Assembly: GCA_041947015.1 (NCBI GenBank) | Contig: JBHGBL010000003.1 | Span: forward strand, 76,148 to 140,147 | DNA from: Vicinamibacterales bacterium | Lineage (GTDB): Bacteria > Acidobacteriota > Vicinamibacteria > Vicinamibacterales > Fen-181 | DNA: 64,000 nt | Direction: 5' to 3' | Position numbers and translations under genes: made by a program | Shown: in pieces, positions 29,349 through 37,774 of the stretch | How positions within the stretch are numbered: position 1 is the stretch's first letter | Layout: each line of letters begins with the position of its first letter | Notes under the pieces: model-generated | The model's database searches: none | Told to the model about the DNA's origin: nothing | Seen by the model: only the letters and a program-made list of their open reading frames with translations

Positions 29349-29435
29349 TGGTGCGGAAGCGGGGATTTGAACCCCGATGAGGTTGCCCTCACTAGCTCCT
29401 GAGGCTAGCGCGTCTGCCAGTTCCGCCACTTCCGC
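29349..29435 (-). tRNA. tRNA-Leu (anticodon CAG), class II with a long variable arm
   Basis: Reverse complement read by hand: GCGGAAGTGGCGGAACTGGCAGACGCGCTAGCCTCAGGAGCTAGTGAGGGCAACCTCATCGGGGTTCAAATCCCCGCTTCCGCACCA. It has a 7-bp acceptor stem, a D-arm, an anticodon stem CTAGC/GCTAG with loop CTCAGGA, the T-loop GGTTCAAATCC and an encoded CCA. Absent from the ORF track. Coordinates are +/-1. Confidence 0.85.
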
Positions 29436-29467
29436 GTCGGTCGAACCACTGGCCCGAACAAGTGATA

Positions 29468-30442
29468 CTACCTCAAACGGGCCCCGTTATTACAAGAGGT
29501 ACCGCTTTTTTCTCCGGGTGTTCCTTCCTTCCGGTATCGCGCGAGGTGCCCGTCCTCGATCCGCACGCGGAGGATGCGAACGTCTCCCGACTCGTCTCCT
29601 TTCGCGTCGTACATCAGCTTGTCCGCCCGGTCGACGAGTTCGAGGGCCAGGCGTCTCGCAGAGAACCTCCGTTCGCTCGGGCTCCCCATCCACAGGCAGA
29701 CGACCCCAACGTCCACACGGACGGGTTGGTCTGCCAGTCGCGGATCCACCTGCTTCCAGTCGTAGCGACCGACCGCTCGCCGGAAGCGGTCGGCAACAGC
29801 TCTCGCTTGAACGTCCTCGCCGAGGTCGGGTATCAGGAAGCAGAACTCGTCACCCCCGAACCTCGCATGCAGCTCCGGACGCCTCGACTTGGGGCCGTCC
29901 TGCGCAATCAGGTCGTCGGACCGGATCTGCTCCGCGAGCAGCCGCGCCACGCGCTCGATTATTCGGTCGCCCACGGCGTGGCCGAGCACGTCGTTGTACT
30001 GCTTGAAGCCGTGGATGTCCACCAGCCCTATCGCACACCACCGCACACGCTGCTCGACCTCCAGGAAAGACTCGAGCTGCGACATGAACCAGTCGAAATT
30101 CATCAGCTTGGTCTTCGGGTCGCGGTGCGAGCGCTCGGTCAGCTCGGCCACCAGCGACTCGAAGTACTGCCCGATGTTCGAGACGGTGGCGTTCCGGGCG
30201 GAAAGCTCCTCTCGCAGGCGGGCCAGTTTCTCGGTGAACCCGGCTGCAATCGCCCGGATCGCTTCGTCCTTCGATTCCTGCCACATCCGATGCTGCCGGT
30301 CCAGAACGAGGGCAATGGCATCCAGAAGCTCGCGTTCCCTTCTTGCCGGCAGGGCAAGGCTCGACCGTATCCACGCTTCGAGCTCGGAGCGGTCTCGCGG
30401 CGCGGCTCGCTCTTCCGGCGCTCCTTCGGCTCTCATCCGCAT
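29468..30442 (-). CDS. GGDEF-domain diguanylate cyclase with an N-terminal helical/coiled-coil region
   Basis: Active-site motif GGDEF (in FGGDEFCF) and I-site-like RxxD context. The start was re-set to MRMRAEG, which is preceded by GGGAG. Confidence 0.8.
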   Translation of the reverse strand: MRMRAEGAPEERAAPRDRSELEAWIRSSLALPARRERELLDAIALVLDRQHRMWQESKDEAIRAIAAGFTEKLARLREELSARNATVSNIGQYFESLVAELTERSHRDPKTKLMNFDWFMSQLESFLEVEQRVRWCAIGLVDIHGFKQYNDVLGHAVGDRIIERVARLLAEQIRSDDLIAQDGPKSRRPELHARFGGDEFCFLIPDLGEDVQARAVADRFRRAVGRYDWKQVDPRLADQPVRVDVGVVCLWMGSPSERRFSARRLALELVDRADKLMYDAKGDESGDVRILRVRIEDGHLARYRKEGTPGEKSGTSCNNGARLR

Positions 30443-30606
30443 AGGCTCCCGCCGCCTAGACCTGGGTGAGTAGACAATCATCGTGCCAGGCCGTAACCGC
30501 GCCTGCCTGTCGGGCTGTGGCTCGTGAGCGCCCCGGATCCCGGCGCTAGGTTCAGGCCTCTGCACTGAATGGCGATTCGGAGTGTAGCATCACGCTTCAC
30601 AATCCA

Positions 30607-30641
30607 TTGACTTCCCGGACCGCCTTCCTCAGAATCTGCGG
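30607..30641 (+). promoter_or_regulatory. candidate sigma-70 promoter (TTGACT - 17 nt - CAGAAT) for the nfeD-flotillin operon
   Basis: Hexamers read directly, followed by SD GAGGTG and the ATG at 30655. Confidence 0.3.
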
Positions 30642-30654
30642 TGTCGAGGTGAAC

Positions 30655-31191
30655 ATGAATTGGCTTCCCGCGTTGTCCCAGTTCTCGGTCTTTCTGGCCA
30701 TCGCGGCGGGCGGGTTTCTCCTCCTCCTCGTAACGCTCTTCTTCGGCGAGATCTTCGACAGCGACGCCGACGGCGGCGCCGACGTCGGCGGCGAGGGCGG
30801 CCCGGGTTTCTTCTCGAGCCGCGTCATTAGCGTGTTCGTGACCGCCTTCGGTGGTTTCGGGGCCGTCGGCACCTACTACGGGCTGTCGATGGTTCCCGCC
30901 TCGACCCTCGGTTTCGCCAGCGGCGTCGTCTTCGCCGCGGCAATCTACGGTTTTGCCAGGTTTCTTTACAGCCAGCAGGCTTCGTCCGAGGTCCGCTCGG
31001 CGGATCTCGTCGGCCTTCGTGCCCGCGTCGTCGTGGCAATCCCGGCCGGCAGCGTCGGCCAGGTCCGCTGCCAGGTCGGCGAGCAGATGGTGGACAAGAT
31101 AGCACGCTCCAGCGATGGGGCGGCGATACCCGAGAACGTCGCGGTCACGATAGACAGCGTCCTCGGTGAGGCAGTCGTGGTGCGCCGGTAA
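30655..31191 (+). CDS. NfeD-like membrane protein (short form with a C-terminal OB-fold), flotillin partner
   Basis: Hydrophobic N-terminal half, a Gly/Asp-rich linker and a C-terminal beta domain (GQVRCQVGEQMVDKIA...). It sits immediately upstream of a flotillin gene, the canonical NfeD-SPFH pairing. Confidence 0.65.
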   Translation: MNWLPALSQFSVFLAIAAGGFLLLLVTLFFGEIFDSDADGGADVGGEGGPGFFSSRVISVFVTAFGGFGAVGTYYGLSMVPASTLGFASGVVFAAAIYGFARFLYSQQASSEVRSADLVGLRARVVVAIPAGSVGQVRCQVGEQMVDKIARSSDGAAIPENVAVTIDSVLGEAVVVRR

Positions 31192-31213
31192 CAGGAGCCA
31201 GGAGGCGAAAGCG

Positions 31214-32788
31214 ATGCTCTTCGAGATGCTGTTCCTGCCGTTCGTCGTCCTTGCCGTCGTGCTGGCGCTGTTCATCGCCGGCCTGCTCTTCGCCCGCAAC
31301 TACATCAAGGTTTCCCCGAACGTCGTTGCGGTCTTCAGCGGCCGCAAGCGGAAGCTCAGCGATGGCCGCGTGGTCGGCTACCGGATGGTCAAGGGCGGTG
31401 CCGCCCTGCGGATCCCGCTCCTCGAGAAGGTCGAGTACCTCGCCCTCAATGTCATGACCATACCTCTCGAGATCAAGCGGGCGTACACGCTGAAGGGCGT
31501 CCCGGTGTCGGTCAAGGCCGTCGCGAACGTGAAGATACGCGGCGACGACACTTCGCTCCAGGCGGCCGCCGAGCGGTTCCTCGGCATGACGCACGATCAG
31601 ATCCAGCGCGTCATTTTCCAGACGCTGGAGGGCCACCTCAGGTCGATCCTCGGCACCCTCACGGTGGAGGAGATCAACAACGACCGTCAGAGTTTCGCAC
31701 AGAAGCTGACGAGCGAGGCGGCGGCTGATCTCGAGAAGATGGGCCTTGGCGTGGATGTCCTCACCATCCAGGAAATAAGCGACGATGAGGAGTACTTGAA
31801 CGCCCTCGGCAAGCGCAGGACTGCCGAGGTCAAGCGCGACGCGGCCATCGGCGAGGCAGAAGCGACGAGAGACGCCAAGATCAAGTCCGCAGAGGCTCTC
31901 CAGGAAGGCGAGCGCGCGCGTTTCAACGCGGAGGCGGAGATCGCCCTCGCCCAGCGCGACTTCATGATTCGCCAGGCGCAGTACCAGGCGGAGGTCGAGA
32001 CCGAGAAGGCGAAGGCGAAGCAGGCTGGCCCGCTGTCGGAGGCGAAGGCCAGGCAGAGCGTCGTGGCGGAGGAAGTCCGGATCGAGCGCGAGCGCACGCA
32101 GGAGTCGATATCGGTCCAGGAACAGGAAGTGCTGCGCAAGCAGAAAGAACTGGAGGCAACGGTAATCAAGCCTGCAGAGGCGGATCGCCAGGCGGCCGTG
32201 GTCAGGGCTGAGGCGTCCAAGCAGGCGGCTATCCTCGAGGCTGAAGGCCGCCGTGCCGCGCTGATTGCGCTCGCAGAAGCCGAACAGGAAAAGCTCAGAA
32301 AAGAAGGCGTGGGACGCGCCGCGGCCGTGGAGGTCGAAGGGAAGGCGGAGGCTGCGAAGATCGAGGCAATCGGCCTGGCGCAGGCCAAGGCAATCGAAGC
32401 GCAGGGAGTGGCCGAGGCCGCCGCCATCCTCAGGAAGGCCGACGCCTGGAAGCAGTTCAACGATGCCGCGAAGCTCCAGACAGTACTCGAGAAGCTGCCT
32501 GCGATCCTCCAGGCGTCCACGGGTGTCTTCGGCGCTGTGGCTTCACCGCTCGGAAACATCGACAAGCTTGTCATCATCGACCAGGGAAGCGGCGTGGGAA
32601 ACGGGACAACCGGCGTCGAGCGGCTGGCGAAGACCAGCCCCGCTGTGGTCTTCAACCTGCTGCAGCAGCTCGAGGCGCTGGGCCTCAACGTCCCCTCTGT
32701 CCTCGCACAGCTCGGCGTCGGAGCGCCTGCATCTGCGGTTTCTGGCCCTGACGTCACGGCTGCTGTCGCGACCGGTCCGCGCGGCTGA
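31214..32788 (+). CDS. floT: flotillin-family SPFH/band-7 protein (FloT/YuaG-like)
   Basis: An N-terminal transmembrane helix, an SPFH domain, then a long Ala/Glu-rich coiled-coil flotillin repeat (EAEGRRAALIALAEAEQEKLRKEG...). The start was re-set to the ATG at 31214, which has a GGAGG SD. Confidence 0.85.
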   Translation: MLFEMLFLPFVVLAVVLALFIAGLLFARNYIKVSPNVVAVFSGRKRKLSDGRVVGYRMVKGGAALRIPLLEKVEYLALNVMTIPLEIKRAYTLKGVPVSVKAVANVKIRGDDTSLQAAAERFLGMTHDQIQRVIFQTLEGHLRSILGTLTVEEINNDRQSFAQKLTSEAAADLEKMGLGVDVLTIQEISDDEEYLNALGKRRTAEVKRDAAIGEAEATRDAKIKSAEALQEGERARFNAEAEIALAQRDFMIRQAQYQAEVETEKAKAKQAGPLSEAKARQSVVAEEVRIERERTQESISVQEQEVLRKQKELEATVIKPAEADRQAAVVRAEASKQAAILEAEGRRAALIALAEAEQEKLRKEGVGRAAAVEVEGKAEAAKIEAIGLAQAKAIEAQGVAEAAAILRKADAWKQFNDAAKLQTVLEKLPAILQASTGVFGAVASPLGNIDKLVIIDQGSGVGNGTTGVERLAKTSPAVVFNLLQQLEALGLNVPSVLAQLGVGAPASAVSGPDVTAAVATGPRG

Positions 32789-32803
32789 TGGCGCTTGTGC
32801 GCG

Positions 32804-32835
32804 AGGTTCCTTGCCGCGCGAACGGCAAGGAACCT
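32804..32835 (+). terminator. strong stem-loop (13-bp perfect stem, 6-nt loop) 16 nt after the flotillin stop
   Basis: aggttccttgccg cgcgaa cggcaaggaacct read directly, followed by an A/T-containing tail. Confidence 0.5.
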
Positions 32836-32890
32836 ACAATTGGATCTCCGACCGAACTTAGACTTCCTGACCGCCCTGCCGGAGGCAGCG

Positions 32891-34393
32891 ATGGTACCGG
32901 GTGTCCGCGTCGTACTTCTTGCGATTTGTCTCGCGAGCCTGGCGCCGCTTCTCGCGGGTGCCCGCGCTCCGCACGACGTCGACGTGCAGATCCAGCTCGG
33001 CGATCTCCTGTATGCGAGCGGCCGCTACCGGGAATCGCTCGAGGCATACCAGCGCGCCGATCGGCTCGGCGAGGGGCCTTCGAGGATTCGCGCGAAGATG
33101 GGCCTCATACGTTCGGCTCTTCGCATCGCTGAATTCGACCTCGCGACAGAGCACGCGAGGCTCCTTCAGAAGCTCGCGCCCGACAACGATGATGCTACCG
33201 CGCTTCGCGGCGACGCCGCATGGGCGGCAGGCCACTTCGACGAGGCTGAGGCCATGGCGAAGGATGTCCTCGGCCGGTTGCCGGGCCATGCGAGAGCGCG
33301 CCTCGGGCTCGCGAGGTCGCTCGCCGGTCGCAACCAGCTGCAGGCAGCCTTCGGCGAGGCGCAGGCGGCGCTCGCCTCCGCGCCGTCGGACCCGGAGGTC
33401 CACTTGCTCCTCGGGTCCCTCAACCAGCGGCTCCGCCGGGTGCCCGAGGCCATCGCCTCGTACACGAATTACATCAATCTGTTGCCGAACAAGGACCGCG
33501 GGACGATGGCTGTCTGGGCCCGCTCCGAGATCCGCCTGCTGCAGTCCTACGGGAACAGGATCCCACTCCAGATCGACCCGCGGTCAGCGGGCAGGGTCCA
33601 CGAGATCCCGTTCCGACTCGATCGCGGCAAGGTGATCGTGTCGGGGCGTGCCAACGGCCGGCCCGTGCAGTTCACCGTCGACACGGGCGCGGAGCACACG
33701 GTCCTCACCGTGAAGACGGCCGAAAGGGTGGGAGTAAAGCCGATTGTCACGACGCTCAGCGCCGGCGTCGGCGAGGTCGGCCTGCGCGGGCTGCAAGTCG
33801 GGCGGCTCGACTCGCTCGAGGTCGGGACATTCAAGGTCGACAATGTCCGCTGCATGGTCAAGAACCCGCCACTGACTGGCCTGCCGACGGCTGAAACCGA
33901 AGCGTTTTCGCCGTTGGCGCTGGGTCTGTCGGCGGAACTCGACTACGCCGCGCGCACCCTGAAGATCGGCGAGTCGATCCCGGTAGTTCCCGCAGACGTC
34001 GAACTGCCGCTCAGGGTCAACCGTCTGGCAACCATCCGCGGCGTCGTGAACGACGACCGGCAGACCAACTTCGTCGTGGACACGGGCGGGGAAGTGCTCT
34101 CGATCAGCACGTCCACGGCCCGAACTCTTCTCCCGCCGCCTCGGCCCATCCGTATAAGGCTCAAGGTCTACGGCACCTCGGGTTGGGACACCGAGGCGTA
34201 CCTGCTCCCGGGCGTGGACCTCGAGTTCGACGAGATCCGCTTCCAGGATGCCTCGGTCGTGGTGCTGGACCTTCGGGCGCCCAGCGTCCTGCTGGGGTAC
34301 CAGATCGGCGGGATCATCGGGCACACGGTGCTGAGCAAGTACCGCGTCGCGTTCGACCTGGAGAGGAGCGTCCTGCGCCTCAAGCGCCTGTGA
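32891..34393 (+). CDS. secreted TPR-repeat protein with two tandem retropepsin-like (clan AA) aspartic protease domains
   Basis: Signal peptide after the ATG at 32891 (GGAGG SD), TPR-like helical repeats, then two DTG catalytic motifs (FTVDTGAEHTVL and FVVDTGGEVLSI). This is a pseudo-dimeric pepsin-like arrangement. Confidence 0.7.
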   Translation: MVPGVRVVLLAICLASLAPLLAGARAPHDVDVQIQLGDLLYASGRYRESLEAYQRADRLGEGPSRIRAKMGLIRSALRIAEFDLATEHARLLQKLAPDNDDATALRGDAAWAAGHFDEAEAMAKDVLGRLPGHARARLGLARSLAGRNQLQAAFGEAQAALASAPSDPEVHLLLGSLNQRLRRVPEAIASYTNYINLLPNKDRGTMAVWARSEIRLLQSYGNRIPLQIDPRSAGRVHEIPFRLDRGKVIVSGRANGRPVQFTVDTGAEHTVLTVKTAERVGVKPIVTTLSAGVGEVGLRGLQVGRLDSLEVGTFKVDNVRCMVKNPPLTGLPTAETEAFSPLALGLSAELDYAARTLKIGESIPVVPADVELPLRVNRLATIRGVVNDDRQTNFVVDTGGEVLSISTSTARTLLPPPRPIRIRLKVYGTSGWDTEAYLLPGVDLEFDEIRFQDASVVVLDLRAPSVLLGYQIGGIIGHTVLSKYRVAFDLERSVLRLKRL

Positions 34394-34438
34394 ACGCTCA
34401 GCTGAGTTGAGCTTCGCGCCCGCCGCAGTTGAGAGCCG

Positions 34439-37400
34439 TCAGAAATCGTACCCGATCCACACCTGAAACCGCGGCTTCCGGAACGATGCCGATCCGCCCG
34501 ACCCCGCATACACGAGGTCCTCCCACTGTCGATTGAAGAGTGTCCGCCAGGACCAGTCGAAGTGCAGCGGGAAACCCAGGACGAACGTCTCCAGACCGAT
34601 CCCATAGGAAGCTCGCCCGTCGCGCAGCCGGAACCCGGAAACATCGACCGGATCTCCATAGACCGGATCGAAAGTCAGCGTCTCGAAATTGGGCTGGTAG
34701 CCGATGATCGGCGTGAACCGCTCGGTCTTCGTCTCGAAGAACCTGTAGCCGCTGTCGTTCCACCAGCCGCCGCCCATGTCGGCGAAGAAGACGCCCCTTA
34801 CGCCGCCGAGGACGCCGATTGGCGTCAGCATCGCCTCGATGATTGGGAAGCGGAGCTCCGCGTTCAAGAAGACGGCGTTCTGGCCCAGGAACTCCAGGTA
34901 GTCGTAGCCGCGCATCTCGGAGTTCCCGCCGAAGAAGAGGAAGTCCGGCGCGGCGCCCCAGCTCTTGAAGCCGCGTGCGCGCAGCGCGAGGACGCCGGTT
35001 CCGGCCAGTCGGATGTACTGGCGAAGGTCGACGTCGACGGTCTGGCGAGAGAGCGAGTTGCCGATCTTCGGCGCCACCTCGTAGGAGATGCGCATCGTGT
35101 TCCCCGCAAGCGGGCCAAACTCGCGGAAGACCGTCGTCTCCTGGACGAAAGCGATGCTGATCGGCATGAAGGTGCCGCTCTGGATGAGCTGGTTCCCGTA
35201 GTAGAGCTCCTGGTAATCCTGGGAAGCTTGCTCGAGGTCCGCATTGTTGAACGACTCTTTGTACTGAAGGAGCGCGCCAGACACCTCGAGCCGCCGGTAG
35301 AGATCGAGCGGGTAGATGCCGAAGACACTGCCGCCCTGGATGGTCCGCGTCGCGACGGCATCGTCACGGTCGAGGAAGGTGCTGTAGTACGGATCGAAAA
35401 ACAGCCCAGGGTCGTAGCCGTAATAGAAGAGCTTCTGGGAGAAGCCCTGCACGGCCCACTGTAGGCGGCGCGAGAGGTCGACGTACGATGCTCCGTACGA
35501 GCGGTATTGCGAGATCGAGCCGGCGAAGATGTTCAGGCGCCTGTCTCCCAGGACGTCCGTGAACGACACTTGCGTGCCGCCGAAGATGTCGCCGCCGCTC
35601 GTCACCCCCACGTTGACCGGCGGGCGTCCGTCGAGGAACAGCTTTTCGAAGGTGCCCTTCCGTTTCGAATTCTCGCGGACCAGCGAGTGCGTGAGAGGGG
35701 CCTGGAAGTCGATGACCGGGCCTGGCGCGCCGAAGTCGGCCGAGGCGGCGGTGCTCATCGGCTCGGTCCGTTCCAGCGTGTGCAGGCCGTACTCGCCCTT
35801 GTCGTACGAGATGAAAGCGATCTTCGGGGCAGAAGCCTGCTTGATGACCACCGGCGCTACGTTCGCGCCGAGTGCGTCTGTCCACTGCCGCAGTTCCCCC
35901 GTTTCGAGGTCCAGCGTCCAGATGTTGTACGCGACACCGTTCTTCGCGATGTCCGGGTCCACCGGCTGCATCGGGTCGGTCGCCGTCGATGCGAAGACGA
36001 TCGTCTTATCGTCGATGAACCGCGCTGCCGCGTCATCGTGCGTCCCGAAGGTTACCTGCGTCTTCTTCTTCGTGTCGAGGTCGAGGCGGAACAGCTTGTC
36101 GTTGCCGCTGATCCTGGCCAGGTAGACGATGAACCGCCCGTCGGGCGAGAAGACCGGCGCGAAGTCCCAGAACTCGTCGTCGGTCAGGTTGGTTACTTTC
36201 CTGGTCTCGAGATCGACCTGGAAGATGTCGCCGCGAGCGTTTCGCAGGCCGGCGAAAACGACCGTCTTGCCGTCCGGCGAGATGTGGGGGGACTCGGGCT
36301 CGTCCACGGTCGGCAGGTCGATACGGTGCTCGATCGCCTTGGTGAGGATGTTCTGGAGGACCAGGACCCGGTTGGCGCGGCTGCGCACGAAGTACGCGAT
36401 GCGATCGCCGCCTGGCGACCACGACATCCACGAGACCGTATTCCAGCGGCGGCCCGGGAGCGATATGCTCTCGAAGCCGTAGTCCTGGTCGAAGCCGGAG
36501 GTAAGGTTGCGAATGACGGAGCCGTCCTTGGCCGACACGATGACGATGTCGAGTTCCCGGTCGCGGCGGTTGCCCGTCATCAGGGCGAAGAGGTCGCCCG
36601 AGGGCGAGGGTTCGGCGGAAAGTGCATTGGAGTACCTGGTCTTGTCGCTGTCCGGGGCGAGGTTCTTGCCATAGTCGCCGGGGCGTTCCTTGTCGCGGAA
36701 CGGCTTGAAGCGGTCCTTCAGGTACTTCTCGAACTCCTGGTCGAACTCCTCCGGCTTGATCCTGAACGCTTCCTCGTAGGCGTTCTCTCCCCCGCCGATG
36801 ACGCTCTTGCGCAGGGCGAAGAGGAACTGGCGGATCCCGTCCTTGCCCCAACGCGACTCCATGAACTCGAAGGCGGCATGGCCCAGGTTGTAGACGAGGC
36901 GGGGATTGCCGAACTCGCCGTACCCCTCCATCTCGGTCATCTTCGGAACGATGTCGCTCACGGCAGCGTCGCGTACTGTGGCGAGGTCGAGCGGGGCCCA
37001 GTAGCCAGTCATGTAGTCGGACAGTCCCTCGTTGATCCAGAGCGGCGTATTGGCCCTGATGAGGGACGGCGGGATGATATCGAACTCGAAGATGTGCGTC
37101 AGCTCGTGCACGATCAGGCGGTACAGCAGGTCCGGTGGATCATCGAGCGGGAGCAGCATGCGGTTGTTGTCGCTTTCGGCGAAGGCGGCCACGCCCTCGA
37201 CCGCTGCGCCCGGGATGACGTTCTCCTGCTGGAATTCCGTGTGCGTCTTGAAGACTATCAGCGGGACCTTGAAGGCGAGGTCGTGCTTCAGTTCGGAGCT
37301 GATTTGCTGGTAGGCGCTCTCTGCGTAACCGGCCACCCGTTCGAGGTGCGTCTCCGTTTCCGGATAGTAGTAGATCTCGAAGTGATCGGTCTTGTAGATG

Positions 37401-37549
37401 TGCCAGTCGAACCTGTCGTAGCGGACTATGTTCTTCCCGTAGTAGGGGACGAAGGGCGTCTGCGCCAGCGAGGCACCCGTGAACGACAGGACCATCGAAC
37501 CCGCGAGAAACACCCGTGGGAGAAAGCGACCCGCAAATGGGGTACGCAT
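34439..37549 (-). CDS. 1036-aa outer-membrane protein fusing an N-terminal HExxH zinc-metallopeptidase-like domain, a TolB/PD40 beta-propeller and a C-terminal Omp85-like beta-barrel
   Basis: Signal peptide; a HELTH zincin motif (IVHELTHIFEF); multiple PD40-like blades (SWSPGGDRIAYF, ISPDGKTVVFAG, FSPDGRFIVYLA); and a C-terminal region that ends in the aromatic outer-membrane-protein signature ...QVWIGYDF. Confidence 0.7.
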   Translation of the reverse strand: MRTPFAGRFLPRVFLAGSMVLSFTGASLAQTPFVPYYGKNIVRYDRFDWHIYKTDHFEIYYYPETETHLERVAGYAESAYQQISSELKHDLAFKVPLIVFKTHTEFQQENVIPGAAVEGVAAFAESDNNRMLLPLDDPPDLLYRLIVHELTHIFEFDIIPPSLIRANTPLWINEGLSDYMTGYWAPLDLATVRDAAVSDIVPKMTEMEGYGEFGNPRLVYNLGHAAFEFMESRWGKDGIRQFLFALRKSVIGGGENAYEEAFRIKPEEFDQEFEKYLKDRFKPFRDKERPGDYGKNLAPDSDKTRYSNALSAEPSPSGDLFALMTGNRRDRELDIVIVSAKDGSVIRNLTSGFDQDYGFESISLPGRRWNTVSWMSWSPGGDRIAYFVRSRANRVLVLQNILTKAIEHRIDLPTVDEPESPHISPDGKTVVFAGLRNARGDIFQVDLETRKVTNLTDDEFWDFAPVFSPDGRFIVYLARISGNDKLFRLDLDTKKKTQVTFGTHDDAAARFIDDKTIVFASTATDPMQPVDPDIAKNGVAYNIWTLDLETGELRQWTDALGANVAPVVIKQASAPKIAFISYDKGEYGLHTLERTEPMSTAASADFGAPGPVIDFQAPLTHSLVRENSKRKGTFEKLFLDGRPPVNVGVTSGGDIFGGTQVSFTDVLGDRRLNIFAGSISQYRSYGASYVDLSRRLQWAVQGFSQKLFYYGYDPGLFFDPYYSTFLDRDDAVATRTIQGGSVFGIYPLDLYRRLEVSGALLQYKESFNNADLEQASQDYQELYYGNQLIQSGTFMPISIAFVQETTVFREFGPLAGNTMRISYEVAPKIGNSLSRQTVDVDLRQYIRLAGTGVLALRARGFKSWGAAPDFLFFGGNSEMRGYDYLEFLGQNAVFLNAELRFPIIEAMLTPIGVLGGVRGVFFADMGGGWWNDSGYRFFETKTERFTPIIGYQPNFETLTFDPVYGDPVDVSGFRLRDGRASYGIGLETFVLGFPLHFDWSWRTLFNRQWEDLVYAGSGGSASFRKPRFQVWIGYDF

Positions 37550-37774
37550 TGTTCACCTCGTCAAGCTGTATGGCCGGCAGGCATGAACGATATTACCGTC
37601 AGGCACCGAACGCCTGCAAACGAAACGAGAGTCCGGCTCACGGATGAGCAAGAGCCGTACCATGCGCCCGATTCACGCCAACCCCCACTCGACCCTGAGT
37701 GCCAGGATCGTGTGGACGTTTCTGGCCGTCGAGGTGCTCTGCCTGGTTTCCGCCGTGAGCGCTGCGTTCGCCGT

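Noticed and set aside
29225-30600. Possible integrated mobile element at tRNA-Leu
   Set aside because: No integrase, recombinase or transposase, and no visible duplication of the tRNA 3' end, were found in the window. It is kept only as a boundary observation.
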